Positions 1 through 9,665 of a DNA stretch of 64,000 bases are shown piece by piece; positions within the stretch are counted from its first letter, which is position 1; each line of letters starts with the position of its first letter. The position numbers were made by a program, and so were the translations under genes. Source of the DNA: Promethearchaeota archaeon (GTDB lineage: Archaea; Asgardarchaeota; Lokiarchaeia; Sigyniarchaeales; SOKP01); assembly GCA_016839555.1 (NCBI GenBank), contig JAEOUA010000006.1, forward strand, positions 64,001 through 128,000, in the 5' to 3' direction. The notes beneath the pieces are model-generated. The model did no database searches. It was given only the letters and a program-made list of their open reading frames with translations, and had not been told where the DNA came from.

Positions 1-1003
1 AATCAATGATATCAAACTTGCGAGAAGCTTCTCTTAGAGGAGTATCACTGGCAACTAAAGGGCGTGCTCCAGAATAGAATCTAATTATTCGATGTTTTCT
101 TACGGTTGGAATTAAATATTCGCCTTGATTTAAAATATATTCAATTTCATCTTTAGATGCCATTAACCTATCTAAATCTTCTAATTCCACGGGTTTTGAA
201 GTTGTTCCCAATATTATAGAGTTATGGCTTGGAACAATAATATCTGCATCTCCGGGTTTTCTCAAACGGTTAATTAAATGGCTTACTAAACGATCTTTGA
301 TGACAAGAAGAGTTCCCATAGTAGGAGCTATTCTAAGCGGGTGTGAAAGTTTTAAGTCCTTTTCCAGATATGAGGCCCATGGACCTGTTGCGTTAATTAC
401 TATATCTGCGTAATAGGACTTCTTTTTATTTTTTAAAAAATCAAAGCATTCTATTCCTATTATAGTCCCATCTTTAATGAGTAATTTTTCTGCTTTTGTA
501 TAGGTCTTAATTTTAGCTCCATGGAGTTGAGCATCATAAGCATTATAAAAGGTCAAAAGAAAGGGATCAATATATCCATCTTTTACTCGAAAAACACGTT
601 GAGTTTCAGGATTGCAGTTCGATTCATCTTTCAGAAAGGCTTCTGGCTCGATTTCCTCGCACCATACACCAGCTTTTTCACATTCTGTATTAAAGATATC
701 CCCGTAGTTTACATCTTCATCATTTACTGCCATAAAATAACCCCCACAAGCTTCGGTTATATGTGGTGCAATGTGCAGAAGTATTTTATTTTCTAGAGCA
801 CACTCGGTTGCAGCTTCTTTATCTTTATATACATATCTTGCTCCTGAGTGCAACATAGCATGACATCGGCCAGTCGTTCCCTCACTTAAATCATTTTTTT
901 CTACTAATAGGACTTTGAATCCTCTAAGACATAAGTCTCGGGCAATACCAACCCCTGTAATTCCTCCTCCAACTATAAGACAATTATATTTATCTTTACT
1001 CAT
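1..1003 (-). CDS. glpA: FAD-dependent glycerol-3-phosphate dehydrogenase subunit A (GlpA family), runs off the window start
   Basis: Absent from the ORF track. Manual translation from ATG at 1003 gives MSKDKYNCLIVGGGITGVGIARDLCLRG...LVEKNDLSEGTTGRCHAMLHSGARY...DGYIDPF...INATGPWA...GARPL, which are GlpA/GlpD motifs. Confidence 0.88.
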   Translation of the reverse strand, partial: MSKDKYNCLIVGGGITGVGIARDLCLRGFKVLLVEKNDLSEGTTGRCHAMLHSGARYVYKDKEAATECALENKILLHIAPHITEACGGYFMAVNDEDVNYGDIFNTECEKAGVWCEEIEPEAFLKDESNCNPETQRVFRVKDGYIDPFLLTFYNAYDAQLHGAKIKTYTKAEKLLIKDGTIIGIECFDFLKNKKKSYYADIVINATGPWASYLEKDLKLSHPLRIAPTMGTLLVIKDRLVSHLINRLRKPGDADIIVPSHNSIILGTTSKPVELEDLDRLMASKDEIEYILNQGEYLIPTVRKHRIIRFYSGARPLVASDTPLREASRKFDIID

Positions 1004-1078
1004 AATATATATCAATGCTCAATAATACTGTATTTTAAATATTAATTACAAAAAATTCATCTCAGAGTCTAAAATTTC

Positions 1079-1810
1079 TTAATTGTAGAAAATTAATATT
1101 CTCATTGCGATAAAAAAGACCAGTTGAATCACAACAAACCAAGGACTATGTGGACTTTCCCCGAGTTTAATTCGCTCTTTTTCAGGTATCATTAGAAATG
1201 TTAGGGCAAATATAAACGAAATCGAAAACCATGCAATATAATTCTGAATAGGTACATTGAATGGATCACTCGTTAATTTCCATGTCCAATAGTTCAATCC
1301 TATTGCGACAGGTTCCATGATATAATCAAAAAAAGTTGCCAGAAGCCCTACAATGAACGAAGAAAGCAATACTTTAGGGAAATTTTTTATTGGTGATTTG
1401 AATAGCTTTTCTATAAGCCATTCAGAAAACAACACTAATGAAAAGATAATAATTACCCAATTCAATCCTATTATCACTGGTACATCGAACAGCATAGGCC
1501 CAAGGACATTGCCATAATAATACGGTCCAAATACTAATGAATATGCAACACCAAGTACTTCCAGAGTAAAAGTAATTAAATACGCAATGAGAATCCAGAG
1601 GATTACATATTTTTTGTTATAACACTTGTGAATAGCCCAAATACCGGAAATTAATAATACATATGGAGTCAATACAATCATAAGCGGATAACTGGACTCT
1701 GAAAAATGACTGATAATTCCTACCGTAAAAAAAATCGATAATATTATTACTTGGAATCTCCAATCCAACAATATTGATTTAAGTTTAATTTTAGTTTTAA
1801 TTTCATTCAC
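1079..1810 (-). CDS. cruF: Carotenoid 1,2-hydratase, CruF family membrane protein
   Basis: Multi-TM protein with E-x-LGV...FGPYYYG..LGP..FDVP..IGLNW, D-x-x-MEP and P..NY..WF motifs; 2 bp downstream of crtD. Confidence 0.85.
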   Translation of the reverse strand: MNEIKTKIKLKSILLDWRFQVIILSIFFTVGIISHFSESSYPLMIVLTPYVLLISGIWAIHKCYNKKYVILWILIAYLITFTLEVLGVAYSLVFGPYYYGNVLGPMLFDVPVIIGLNWVIIIFSLVLFSEWLIEKLFKSPIKNFPKVLLSSFIVGLLATFFDYIMEPVAIGLNYWTWKLTSDPFNVPIQNYIAWFSISFIFALTFLMIPEKERIKLGESPHSPWFVVIQLVFFIAMRILIFYN

Positions 1811-1812
1811 AT

Positions 1813-3294
1813 TTAATCACCCGAAAATTTTTCGATAAGGTTCGCACATATTTTCCCCGATGAGATCACCAGCGGCATCCCCCCTCCTGGGTGAGCAGAG
1901 CTACTGCAGAAGTATAATCCTTTTATATTTTTACTTCTATTCCTATGCCGCATAAATGCAGACATTTTTGTATTCGAACTAATGCCATAAAGACTTCCAT
2001 AGGTGGATCCCGTTCTTTTCTCAATATGGGGTGGGGTAAGGATTCCTTCCGTTTCGATATGAGATTCTATATTAGTGCCTAACCGTTTTGACAGGAGATT
2101 AATGGTAGCTTTTCTTGCATTAGAAACTATTTCGTTCCAATTTTGATTACAATCTGCCGGTGCATTAAGAAGAACAAACCAGTTTTCACACCCTTCAGGA
2201 GCATCAGAAGGAGTTAATTTTGAAGTTATATTAACATATACCGTTGGTTCTTCTGGCATTGTTTTCTCTTCGAACATCGCTTTAAATTCGGCAGGATAAT
2301 TAGATGAAAAGAAAATATTATTGACCGAGAGCTCCTCAAAAGTTCTATTAATACCCCAATAGAACACTATACCGCTCGAACTAGGTTCCAATTTTTTGTA
2401 TCTTTTGGCTTGTTTCAGATCTGGTAAATCAAGAAGTTTATCGTATGTAGAGAGCACATCAGCATCAGATACAACTGCATCATAGTCTTTATCAGCGTAT
2501 TTCGTTGATATTCCACGTAACTTCTTATTCTGAAGATTTATTTTTTCGACTCGCTGATTAAAATAAAATTTAACACCTAAATCTACTGCAGCTTTATGAA
2601 TTTTTTTAGGGATTTCATAAATACCTTCTCCAATTCCATAACCACCACCAATATATTCTATAAATGGGATGATAATCATAGTTGCGGGTGTAAGAAAAGG
2701 ACTTGAACCATTGTAAGTAGCATATCTGTTAAAAAGTTGAACTATACGAGGGTCTTTAAAATATTTTTTATTAATTTTATTTAAAGTGCTAAAGGGATGG
2801 ATGCCTGCGAATCGAACCAACTTTAAAAGGGTAGAAGGCTTCAATAAAGTTCTTATTTCATGAATTGGCTGCGTGAGAAAAAGATTTCCACCTAATCGAT
2901 GCGCTTTTTCAGCTTCTTTTAAATATCTTTTTAGGGATTTTTGACTTCCTGGCGCTATTTTTTCCAGGTCTCGACCAAAATTATCGAGATCAGACCATGC
3001 TTTTAGATAGGTCCCGTCTGAGAGAAAATAGGTACAAATCTCTTTCAGCTTGACTAAGGTGAGTTCCTTATTGATATCTTTTCCTGCAGTTTTGAATACA
3101 TCCTCAAAAACCCAAGGCATTGTCACCAGTGAGGGACCAATATCAAATCTATATCCATCAAACGTTTCTTCGGCTGCTTTACCTCCAGGAAAGGATTGAG
3201 CTTCATATACATCTACATTCCATCCTTTAGATTTTAGATAGATTGATGCGGATAATCCACCTAGCCCTGCACCAATAATCGCAGCCGTTTTCAT
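1813..3294 (-). CDS. crtD: Phytoene desaturase family protein, most likely 1-hydroxycarotenoid 3,4-desaturase
   Basis: Likely start is ATG 3294 (MKTAAIIGAGLGGL, Rossmann fold); the longer track ORF overlaps the cyclase. Motifs FDIGPS, FNRYATYNGSSP, GSLYGISSN, HPGGGMPL; second CrtI paralog, adjacent to cruF. Confidence 0.75.
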   Translation of the reverse strand: MKTAAIIGAGLGGLSASIYLKSKGWNVDVYEAQSFPGGKAAEETFDGYRFDIGPSLVTMPWVFEDVFKTAGKDINKELTLVKLKEICTYFLSDGTYLKAWSDLDNFGRDLEKIAPGSQKSLKRYLKEAEKAHRLGGNLFLTQPIHEIRTLLKPSTLLKLVRFAGIHPFSTLNKINKKYFKDPRIVQLFNRYATYNGSSPFLTPATMIIIPFIEYIGGGYGIGEGIYEIPKKIHKAAVDLGVKFYFNQRVEKINLQNKKLRGISTKYADKDYDAVVSDADVLSTYDKLLDLPDLKQAKRYKKLEPSSSGIVFYWGINRTFEELSVNNIFFSSNYPAEFKAMFEEKTMPEEPTVYVNITSKLTPSDAPEGCENWFVLLNAPADCNQNWNEIVSNARKATINLLSKRLGTNIESHIETEGILTPPHIEKRTGSTYGSLYGISSNTKMSAFMRHRNRSKNIKGLYFCSSSAHPGGGMPLVISSGKICANLIEKFSGD

Positions 3295-3295
3295 T

Positions 3296-3982
3296 TTATT
3301 CGTCTCTTTTAAAGCTGAATTTATCCCTGAAGAGGAAATAGAAAATAAGATAAAGACTAATAAGAGTAAAACTATAAAAAAAATCTTCAATCGGTATGGA
3401 AATGACTCTCAGACCTATTATTGCATCACTATTGTAGGATACAATAGGCAAATAAGTAAAAATCCCATTAAAAATTAAAAATGGAATATAAGTCAAAATT
3501 AATCCAATTAAAGTCCAGCTGGATTGAAATTTTTCGTATGCTACCAAGCCTATTAATAGCATCGTAATAAAAAAAACTATTCCAATAAGCACTGTATAAC
3601 CTTTATCTAAAAACAAGATTAAAGGTAAAATCCCAATTGAACTAATAATAATAAATACATATCTCGGAATATGAAGGATCCTCTCTTTTGTATAGGCTCG
3701 CACACACTCATATATAAAAACAGTAGCATATGGAACCGCAATAAAAAAAATCCACTCACCTATAGGAAGATTAAATATTTTTAAAGTTCCTGCATAAGTT
3801 TCTGAGAAGGACCAATGCCCAATCTCGGTTACGATAATATCCCAAATAATATAACTGCTACTAACCACCAGCATACTCAAAAGCAAAGGGGGCCATCTAC
3901 GCCAAAATCCCACCTTTTTATCAAAAGATAAAAGAAAGGGAAATATAATTACTAAGAAATTCAACCAAAAATATAGTGCCAT
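3296..3982 (-). CDS. crtY: Lycopene cyclase, membrane-bound fused CrtYc/Yd type (two lycopene-cyclase repeats)
   Basis: Two repeats with WD...W.F...LPIGEWIFF and NG......YN...IG.R...IPIEDFFY; GAGG upstream of the ATG; crt context. Confidence 0.85.
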   Translation of the reverse strand: MALYFWLNFLVIIFPFLLSFDKKVGFWRRWPPLLLSMLVVSSSYIIWDIIVTEIGHWSFSETYAGTLKIFNLPIGEWIFFIAVPYATVFIYECVRAYTKERILHIPRYVFIIISSIGILPLILFLDKGYTVLIGIVFFITMLLIGLVAYEKFQSSWTLIGLILTYIPFLIFNGIFTYLPIVSYNSDAIIGLRVISIPIEDFFYSFTLISLYLIFYFLFRDKFSFKRDE

Positions 3983-4032
3983 ATACTTTTAACCTCATTA
4001 TCTTATAATTCTATATAAAATAATACTCACTT

Positions 4033-4079
4033 TTGCAGCTTCTTTAGCTTTATATACATATATCGAAGCTGTGTGGCAT
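4033..4079 (-). pseudogene. Decayed fragment of glpA (direct repeat of 808-836)
   Basis: 4033-4061 matches 808-836 at 28/29 nt; reads M-P-H-S...YVYKAKEAA vs glpA MLHSGARYVYKDKEAA. Confidence 0.7.
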
Positions 4080-4270
4080 CATATTTAAAATATTATTTAC
4101 AAAGAATTACACCCCATTTAAAAGCATTCGTTTTGTAAAATATAGATAAATACTTAAAAACCGATTTATTTAAAGCTCTTCTGAAAATAGTTCTATTTGA
4201 ACTGAATTTGAAACTAAGATTTAGTATTGTATACTTTCTTTCGTATTATCATTCCCTTTTTATTTTAATC

Positions 4271-5362
4271 CTAAAATAAATGCTCATCTACTATTTTAGA
4301 GCCATATTCTGCCTGGTGTACTCTTACTATATTATTTTCTGGAATGCCGATATTTTGGATCATATTTTGTACAGCATCTAGATCTTCAGTTCTACACAAA
4401 CAATGAATATTTGGGCCTGCATCAACGGTGAAATAACATTCAATCCCTTCTTTCTCTTTTTGCTTAACACCCTCTTCAACCATCTTATAAGTTTGGAAAA
4501 AATTATTTCGAGTATTTACTACCGCCTTTATTACCTTCAATGTATTTGGTTTCCAATAGAACAACGGGGGTTCCGAGGTCATCATAACACTATGCATATA
4601 CAAACAACTTTTCTCGGAGATCTCTCCCACAGTAGTAAAATCATCATTTTGAATTGCTTTTTTAATTTCTACGGCTTGTTTCTGGGATTCATTTATTTTA
4701 ATCTGATTGAAAACACTGGAGTGTGCCGCTTCTTGTCCTATATCAGAACTCACCTCTTTTTCTCCTCTATCGATTACTGCAATTACCGCAGCTATATTGA
4801 ATTCATTACATGGACATATTTGTTCTGCATAAGAAGTATCGTGAGAATATCCTTTATTCCAACATACGAATCCTCCATGAAGAGAGCGAGATGCGGAACC
4901 AGAACCTAATCTTGCATATTTTGAGAGTTCTATATTGTCTAAATTAAGGTTTAACGCATCAGCAGCACTAGTAGCGAGCGCAGCGAATGCAGATGATGAT
5001 GACGCTAACCCTGCAGCTGTCGGAAATTTATTTTGACTGACCATTTTAAAATTTAAAGTTGTACTCGCTAATTTTCTTAACGCATCAACCACTTTTAATA
5101 TTCTTTTCATCTGAATCTCATTAAAGGGAACTATAATCTCATCAGTTTTCAAAAAGCCCGTATCTTCATCATAATGTTCAGAAAATTCAATGGTGGTATG
5201 AGTAATCAATTCGATTCCTGATTTGGCAGTATTGATTGATTCCTTCGTCATGCTAACGCTGTCATTTGTAGGAATATTAAGGTGTGGTGGATGATCTCGA
5301 GATTTACCCCAATATTTTATCAGAGCAATATTTGGGTGTGCGAATGCTGAAGACTTTCCCAT
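4271..5362 (-). CDS. mvaD: Diphosphomevalonate/phosphomevalonate decarboxylase (GHMP, MVD family)
   Basis: AHPNIALIKYWGK, PTAAGLASSSSAFAA, RLGSGSASRS, DAGPNIH. Confidence 0.9.
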   Translation of the reverse strand: MGKSSAFAHPNIALIKYWGKSRDHPPHLNIPTNDSVSMTKESINTAKSGIELITHTTIEFSEHYDEDTGFLKTDEIIVPFNEIQMKRILKVVDALRKLASTTLNFKMVSQNKFPTAAGLASSSSAFAALATSAADALNLNLDNIELSKYARLGSGSASRSLHGGFVCWNKGYSHDTSYAEQICPCNEFNIAAVIAVIDRGEKEVSSDIGQEAAHSSVFNQIKINESQKQAVEIKKAIQNDDFTTVGEISEKSCLYMHSVMMTSEPPLFYWKPNTLKVIKAVVNTRNNFFQTYKMVEEGVKQKEKEGIECYFTVDAGPNIHCLCRTEDLDAVQNMIQNIGIPENNIVRVHQAEYGSKIVDEHLF

Positions 5363-5532
5363 TTTCTTATTTTATCCTCTTTTTATAATAAGCTATAAAT
5401 ATTATTCAAATATTATTGCGATTGTATTAATAACTTATGTTAATAATTAATATATTCATCTATAAATAAAGGTATTAAGTAAAAGAGGTTCTAATCTTAA
5501 GATTTTTTTAGAAAAGCTCTTCCAAGAATTAC

Positions 5533-5554
5533 GAACCCCTTATACAAAGGGTTC
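5533..5554. promoter_or_regulatory. Imperfect palindrome GAACCCCTT-ATAC-AAAGGGTTC in the divergent mvaD/HMGR intergenic region
   Basis: 9-bp arms with 8/9 complementarity, GC-rich in an otherwise very AT-rich spacer. Confidence 0.4.
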
Positions 5555-5640
5555 CATTTTCAACCCAATTATATTTAGGAAAAATCAATTAATAAATTAT
5601 AACCGAAGAAACTTTTTAGATATGAAGAACATTTTTACAT

Positions 5641-6804
5641 ATGAGTATGTATTCTTCAGAAATATCTGGTTTTTACAAGCTTTCTATAGAGGAAAGACTC
5701 AAACTTATTAAGGAAAAAGTTGGTTTAAGCGATGAAGAGACCAAGATTCTTAAGAATTTTGGTTATTTCCAACCAGAACAGATGGATATATTAATTGAAA
5801 ATGTAATAGCTAGTTATCAATTACCTTATTCAATAGCATGTAATTTTAAAGTGAATGGAAAAGATTATTTGGTTCCGATGGTCATAGAAGAGCCTTCAGT
5901 TGTAGCTGCCGCATCCAATGTGGCAAGAATGGCAAGGAAATTAGGAGGATTTCATAGTAAGAAAATTACACAGGTGATGATAGGACAAGTTCAGATTGTT
6001 AATGTGAAAAATATGGATGATGCTGTGAAAAATATTGAGATCCATAAGGAGGAAATTATTCGCCTCGCAAATGAAAAGGATCCTATTCTCATTAAACTGG
6101 GAGGAGGGGTTGAGGATTTAGAGATTCGACCTATTGATACTATAAAAGGTCCAATGATTATAGTTCATTTGCTTGTGAATGTCTTGGATGCAATGGGAGC
6201 AAACGCCGTAAATACAATGGCAGAAACAGTCGCTCCTTACTTGGAAGAATTAACTGATGGGAAAGTATATCTTCGGATCATCTCTAATTTAGCCACCCAT
6301 AGGATGGCAAAATGTAAAGCAACTTTTGATAAGGATATGTTAGGGGGTGCTGAAGTGGTTGAAGGGATAATGAATGCGTACGCTTTCGCCAAAGCAGATA
6401 TTTTTCGAGCATCTACCCACAATAAAGGGATTATGAATGGAATTATAGCCCTCACTTTAGCAACCGGTAATGATACTCGAGCAATAGAAGCCGGTGCTCA
6501 TACTTATGCCGCTTTAAACGGATATTCCCCACTAAGTACTTTTGATGTTGATTCAAATGGGAATTTAGTTGGTGAATTGGAGCTTCCCCTTGCGTTGGGG
6601 ATTATAGGTGGACTCACAAAGACACATCCATTAGCAAGAGTGTCTTTGAAAATTCTTGGAATTGATAACGCAGAAGAGCTAGCTCAAGTTGCTGTAGCTC
6701 TTGGACTCTGTCAAAATGTAGCGGCTTTACGTGCGCTAGCCTCAGAAGGGATACAAGCAGGACACATGAGGTTGCATAAAAGAAAGGAACAAAAAAAGAA
6801 TTAA
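5641..6804 (+). CDS. mvaA: Class II HMG-CoA reductase
   Basis: ENVI, PMVIEEPSVVAAAS, DAMGANAVNT, THNKGIMNGI, GNDTRA, GIQAGHMRLH. Confidence 0.93.
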   Translation: MSMYSSEISGFYKLSIEERLKLIKEKVGLSDEETKILKNFGYFQPEQMDILIENVIASYQLPYSIACNFKVNGKDYLVPMVIEEPSVVAAASNVARMARKLGGFHSKKITQVMIGQVQIVNVKNMDDAVKNIEIHKEEIIRLANEKDPILIKLGGGVEDLEIRPIDTIKGPMIIVHLLVNVLDAMGANAVNTMAETVAPYLEELTDGKVYLRIISNLATHRMAKCKATFDKDMLGGAEVVEGIMNAYAFAKADIFRASTHNKGIMNGIIALTLATGNDTRAIEAGAHTYAALNGYSPLSTFDVDSNGNLVGELELPLALGIIGGLTKTHPLARVSLKILGIDNAEELAQVAVALGLCQNVAALRALASEGIQAGHMRLHKRKEQKKN

Positions 6805-6849
6805 AGCTAAAATTTAAATGTATTTTATTTATTATCTATTTTTTACTGC

Positions 6850-8346
6850 TTAAACTAAATCTTTTTTAACATCATCTACAATCTTCTCACAAGCCAGTTG
6901 AGCAGAGATGATTGTAACGGGAACTCCAACTCCAGGATGGGTGTAATGCCCCGCATAATAGAGATTATTAACTTTATCACTTTTATGATGTGGTCTAAAT
7001 AATGCAGTTTGAAATAAAGTATGTGCCAACCCTAAGGCAGTTCCCTTATAGGCATTGAATGTTTTATTAAAATGTTCATGTGCAACAATTCTTTTTACTT
7101 CGATAGAGTCCCTAAATGATTCTCCAGTTATATTTTCAACTTTTTGAAGTATTTTATCAAAATATGGTTCACGATGGGATTCCATATCTTCAAGATCGGG
7201 AGATACTAACACGAGAATAGTCATGAGTTCCTTTCCTGGTGGAGCAAGTGATGGATCGGATTTAGAAGGAACAGTTATATAAATAGAGGGATCATCTGGC
7301 CATTCGGGATTTTCAAAAAGTTGATCGAAATATTTATCCCAATCTGAATTGAAATAGAAATTATGATGTAAAAAATTATTAAGCTTCTTGTTTAGACCAA
7401 GATAAACTAGGAATGCGGAAGGAGCGATCATCTTCTTTTTCCAGTATTTTTCGGTATATGACCTATATTTTTTATCCAATAATTCCATCTCTCCATGATG
7501 ATAATCTCCAGTACTTAAAATGATATCTGCTTCAAACTCTCCTTTATTTGTAATGATTTTTTTAGCTTTTTTGTCTTCTACCACGATCTTGGATACTTCT
7601 GTGCTGAATTCAATTTTTGCTCCTTGCTCTTGGGCAAGCTTCATTATCCCATCAACGATGGTTCCAAAACCTCCCATAGGATACCAAATTCCAAGGTTCA
7701 TATCAACATGGGCAAGCATAGAATAGACTGCAGGACTAGTTGGCGGAGAAGCGCCCACAAATGCCACATGATATTGAACTATTTTACGTGCTTTATCGCT
7801 GGTAAAAAATTTTTTTGCGTATTTATTCAGTTTCTTAAAAATATGTAGCTTTAATCCGTCTATAATGAGTGTTTTATCCAATAAGTCCCGAACACTCCAA
7901 TAATCCCTGTATAGAAACTTGTTTACCGCAATATCATACATTTTTTGGGAGGATTCTATAAAGTTCTTTAGCTTTTTACCTCCATCTTTTTCAAAGGTGT
8001 CGAATAGCTCGTAATTTTTATTCATATCGTCCATAATGTCTAATGATTCACTCTCACTGAAGAACACTCGATAATGGGGATTTAAACGTATTGTTTCATA
8101 ATAATCTTCAGGTTTTTTACCGAATTGGGCAAAAAGATTATCAAACGCTTCTAACATCATATACCATGACGGCCCCATATCAAAAGTATATCCATCTTTT
8201 TTCCACACCATAGCGCGTCCTCCTGGTCTGTCATTTTTTTCAAGAACGGTCACATCAAAACCTTCTTTAGCTAAAAGCGCAGCAGATGAGAGCCCGCAAA
8301 ATCCGGCGCCTATAACAAATACTTTTCTTCCTTTTATTTCATTCAT
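6850..8346 (-). CDS. crtI: Phytoene desaturase
   Basis: VIGAGFCGL, FDMGPSWY, GTALGLAHTLFQTALFRP, YTHPGVGVP; directly downstream of crtB (likely start ATG 8346; track start 8358). Confidence 0.92.
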   Translation of the reverse strand: MNEIKGRKVFVIGAGFCGLSSAALLAKEGFDVTVLEKNDRPGGRAMVWKKDGYTFDMGPSWYMMLEAFDNLFAQFGKKPEDYYETIRLNPHYRVFFSESESLDIMDDMNKNYELFDTFEKDGGKKLKNFIESSQKMYDIAVNKFLYRDYWSVRDLLDKTLIIDGLKLHIFKKLNKYAKKFFTSDKARKIVQYHVAFVGASPPTSPAVYSMLAHVDMNLGIWYPMGGFGTIVDGIMKLAQEQGAKIEFSTEVSKIVVEDKKAKKIITNKGEFEADIILSTGDYHHGEMELLDKKYRSYTEKYWKKKMIAPSAFLVYLGLNKKLNNFLHHNFYFNSDWDKYFDQLFENPEWPDDPSIYITVPSKSDPSLAPPGKELMTILVLVSPDLEDMESHREPYFDKILQKVENITGESFRDSIEVKRIVAHEHFNKTFNAYKGTALGLAHTLFQTALFRPHHKSDKVNNLYYAGHYTHPGVGVPVTIISAQLACEKIVDDVKKDLV

Positions 8347-8354
8347 TGTTATTT

Positions 8355-9194
8355 TCACTTCTTTCTAATCTTAAATATGTTTTTTAAAACAGTTCTAATT
8401 ATCTTTCCTTTAGAAGGCTTCACTTTTTCTTCATATACAATAAATGGGTTTTCTTTGATTTTTAACGCAGTCCATTTATACATATCTGAAGCTGTTTGAA
8501 TAGGGATCCAATATCTTCTTGGGATATATTTAAATCCATTTTCTGCTTCTTCTTGCCACTTAAGATATAGTTCGATTTGATCCCTAAAGAATCTCTCAAA
8601 TTCCTCTTTATTGTTCATCGCTTCTTCTTTCGTTAAGTTTTTTAGATCATAATCCCCTAAAGGAAAATACCGTCTTCCTAACTTAATATCTTCCTTAATA
8701 TCTCTAATAAAATTAATATACTGCATTGCTCTCCCAAGTCTCTCCGCAGCAAAATATGCATTTTCTGATAAATCAAGAATTTTAGCCATAAATAGCCCAA
8801 TAACTTCCGCAGACCCATAGATATATTCAAGTGTTTCATCTAATGAATTATAAACTTTTTTTGTAAGATCTAATTCCATTGAATGCAGAAATGCATCAAC
8901 CCACTCAGGTTTAAACTCTTTTCTTCGCATTAGATCAACGAAATATTCAATAACAAAATTATCAATTTTTTTACCTGAGAGTGCTTCTTCATACAAACGA
9001 CGAAAATTCAAAAATTCCTCCCGTTGTTGGGGTATTGTATCAACATAATTGTCAGCAACCCTCACAAATCCATATAAGATAAATACATCTTCTCTTACTG
9101 ATTTTGGAAAGAATATACTACTATTAAAGTAAGTAGTGCTGCCTTTTCGAAATATTTCTTCGAATTTCTTTTGAATATCTCTTGATAATACCAT
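8355..9194 (-). CDS. crtB: Phytoene synthase
   Basis: YGFVRVADNYVD, YIYGSAEVIG, LGRAMQYINFIRDIKED..LGRRYFP. Confidence 0.93.
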   Translation of the reverse strand: MVLSRDIQKKFEEIFRKGSTTYFNSSIFFPKSVREDVFILYGFVRVADNYVDTIPQQREEFLNFRRLYEEALSGKKIDNFVIEYFVDLMRRKEFKPEWVDAFLHSMELDLTKKVYNSLDETLEYIYGSAEVIGLFMAKILDLSENAYFAAERLGRAMQYINFIRDIKEDIKLGRRYFPLGDYDLKNLTKEEAMNNKEEFERFFRDQIELYLKWQEEAENGFKYIPRRYWIPIQTASDMYKWTALKIKENPFIVYEEKVKPSKGKIIRTVLKNIFKIRKK

Positions 9195-9665
9195 TATGTT
9201 AATTTTTTAAAACTAATTTTTATAATTTGTTTTTATTAAATATTAATTTTCAAATAAGATCAGAATAGAGAAAGAAAGTTAAAATATAGTGAGAACATAG
9301 AAAAATTGAAAAAAAGGCTTTAAATGATATTTTTTAAACTCTAATATCTCATATAGGTTCATAATGCTATAAAACTATTGATTTAGATAGGAGAATCAAA
9401 TTTTTGAGAACTTAATAAATAATTATGATAAAAATTTATATGCAGTCACCTTAAGATTTAATTATCTGAGAAGATAAACATAAAGCAAAAATGAAGAGAT
9501 CACCTTCAAAATTTAAAATATATACATTAGATTTTGACATCTCGAAAAATTTATAGTTTAATGATGGATATAGCAAATTCTATTTTACAAATTATTGAAA
9601 CAGAACACGTAAATATAATATAAAACAAAGTTTTAAATTTATCCTTATTTTATAATAAAAATAAT

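Noticed and set aside
1079-3294. Haloarchaeal bacterioruberin (C50) pathway
   Set aside because: cruF and crtD are present but there is no lycopene elongase (lyeJ/UbiA family) in the cluster; the cyclase and crtZ point to C40 products
3295-3390. N-terminal signal-peptide-like extension of crtD in the ORF track
   Set aside because: It overlaps the lycopene cyclase 3' end; the Rossmann motif starts right after ATG 3294
9195-9665. Shared TAAAACAAA motif upstream of both crtB and crtZ
   Set aside because: Too low in complexity to distinguish from chance in such AT-rich DNA
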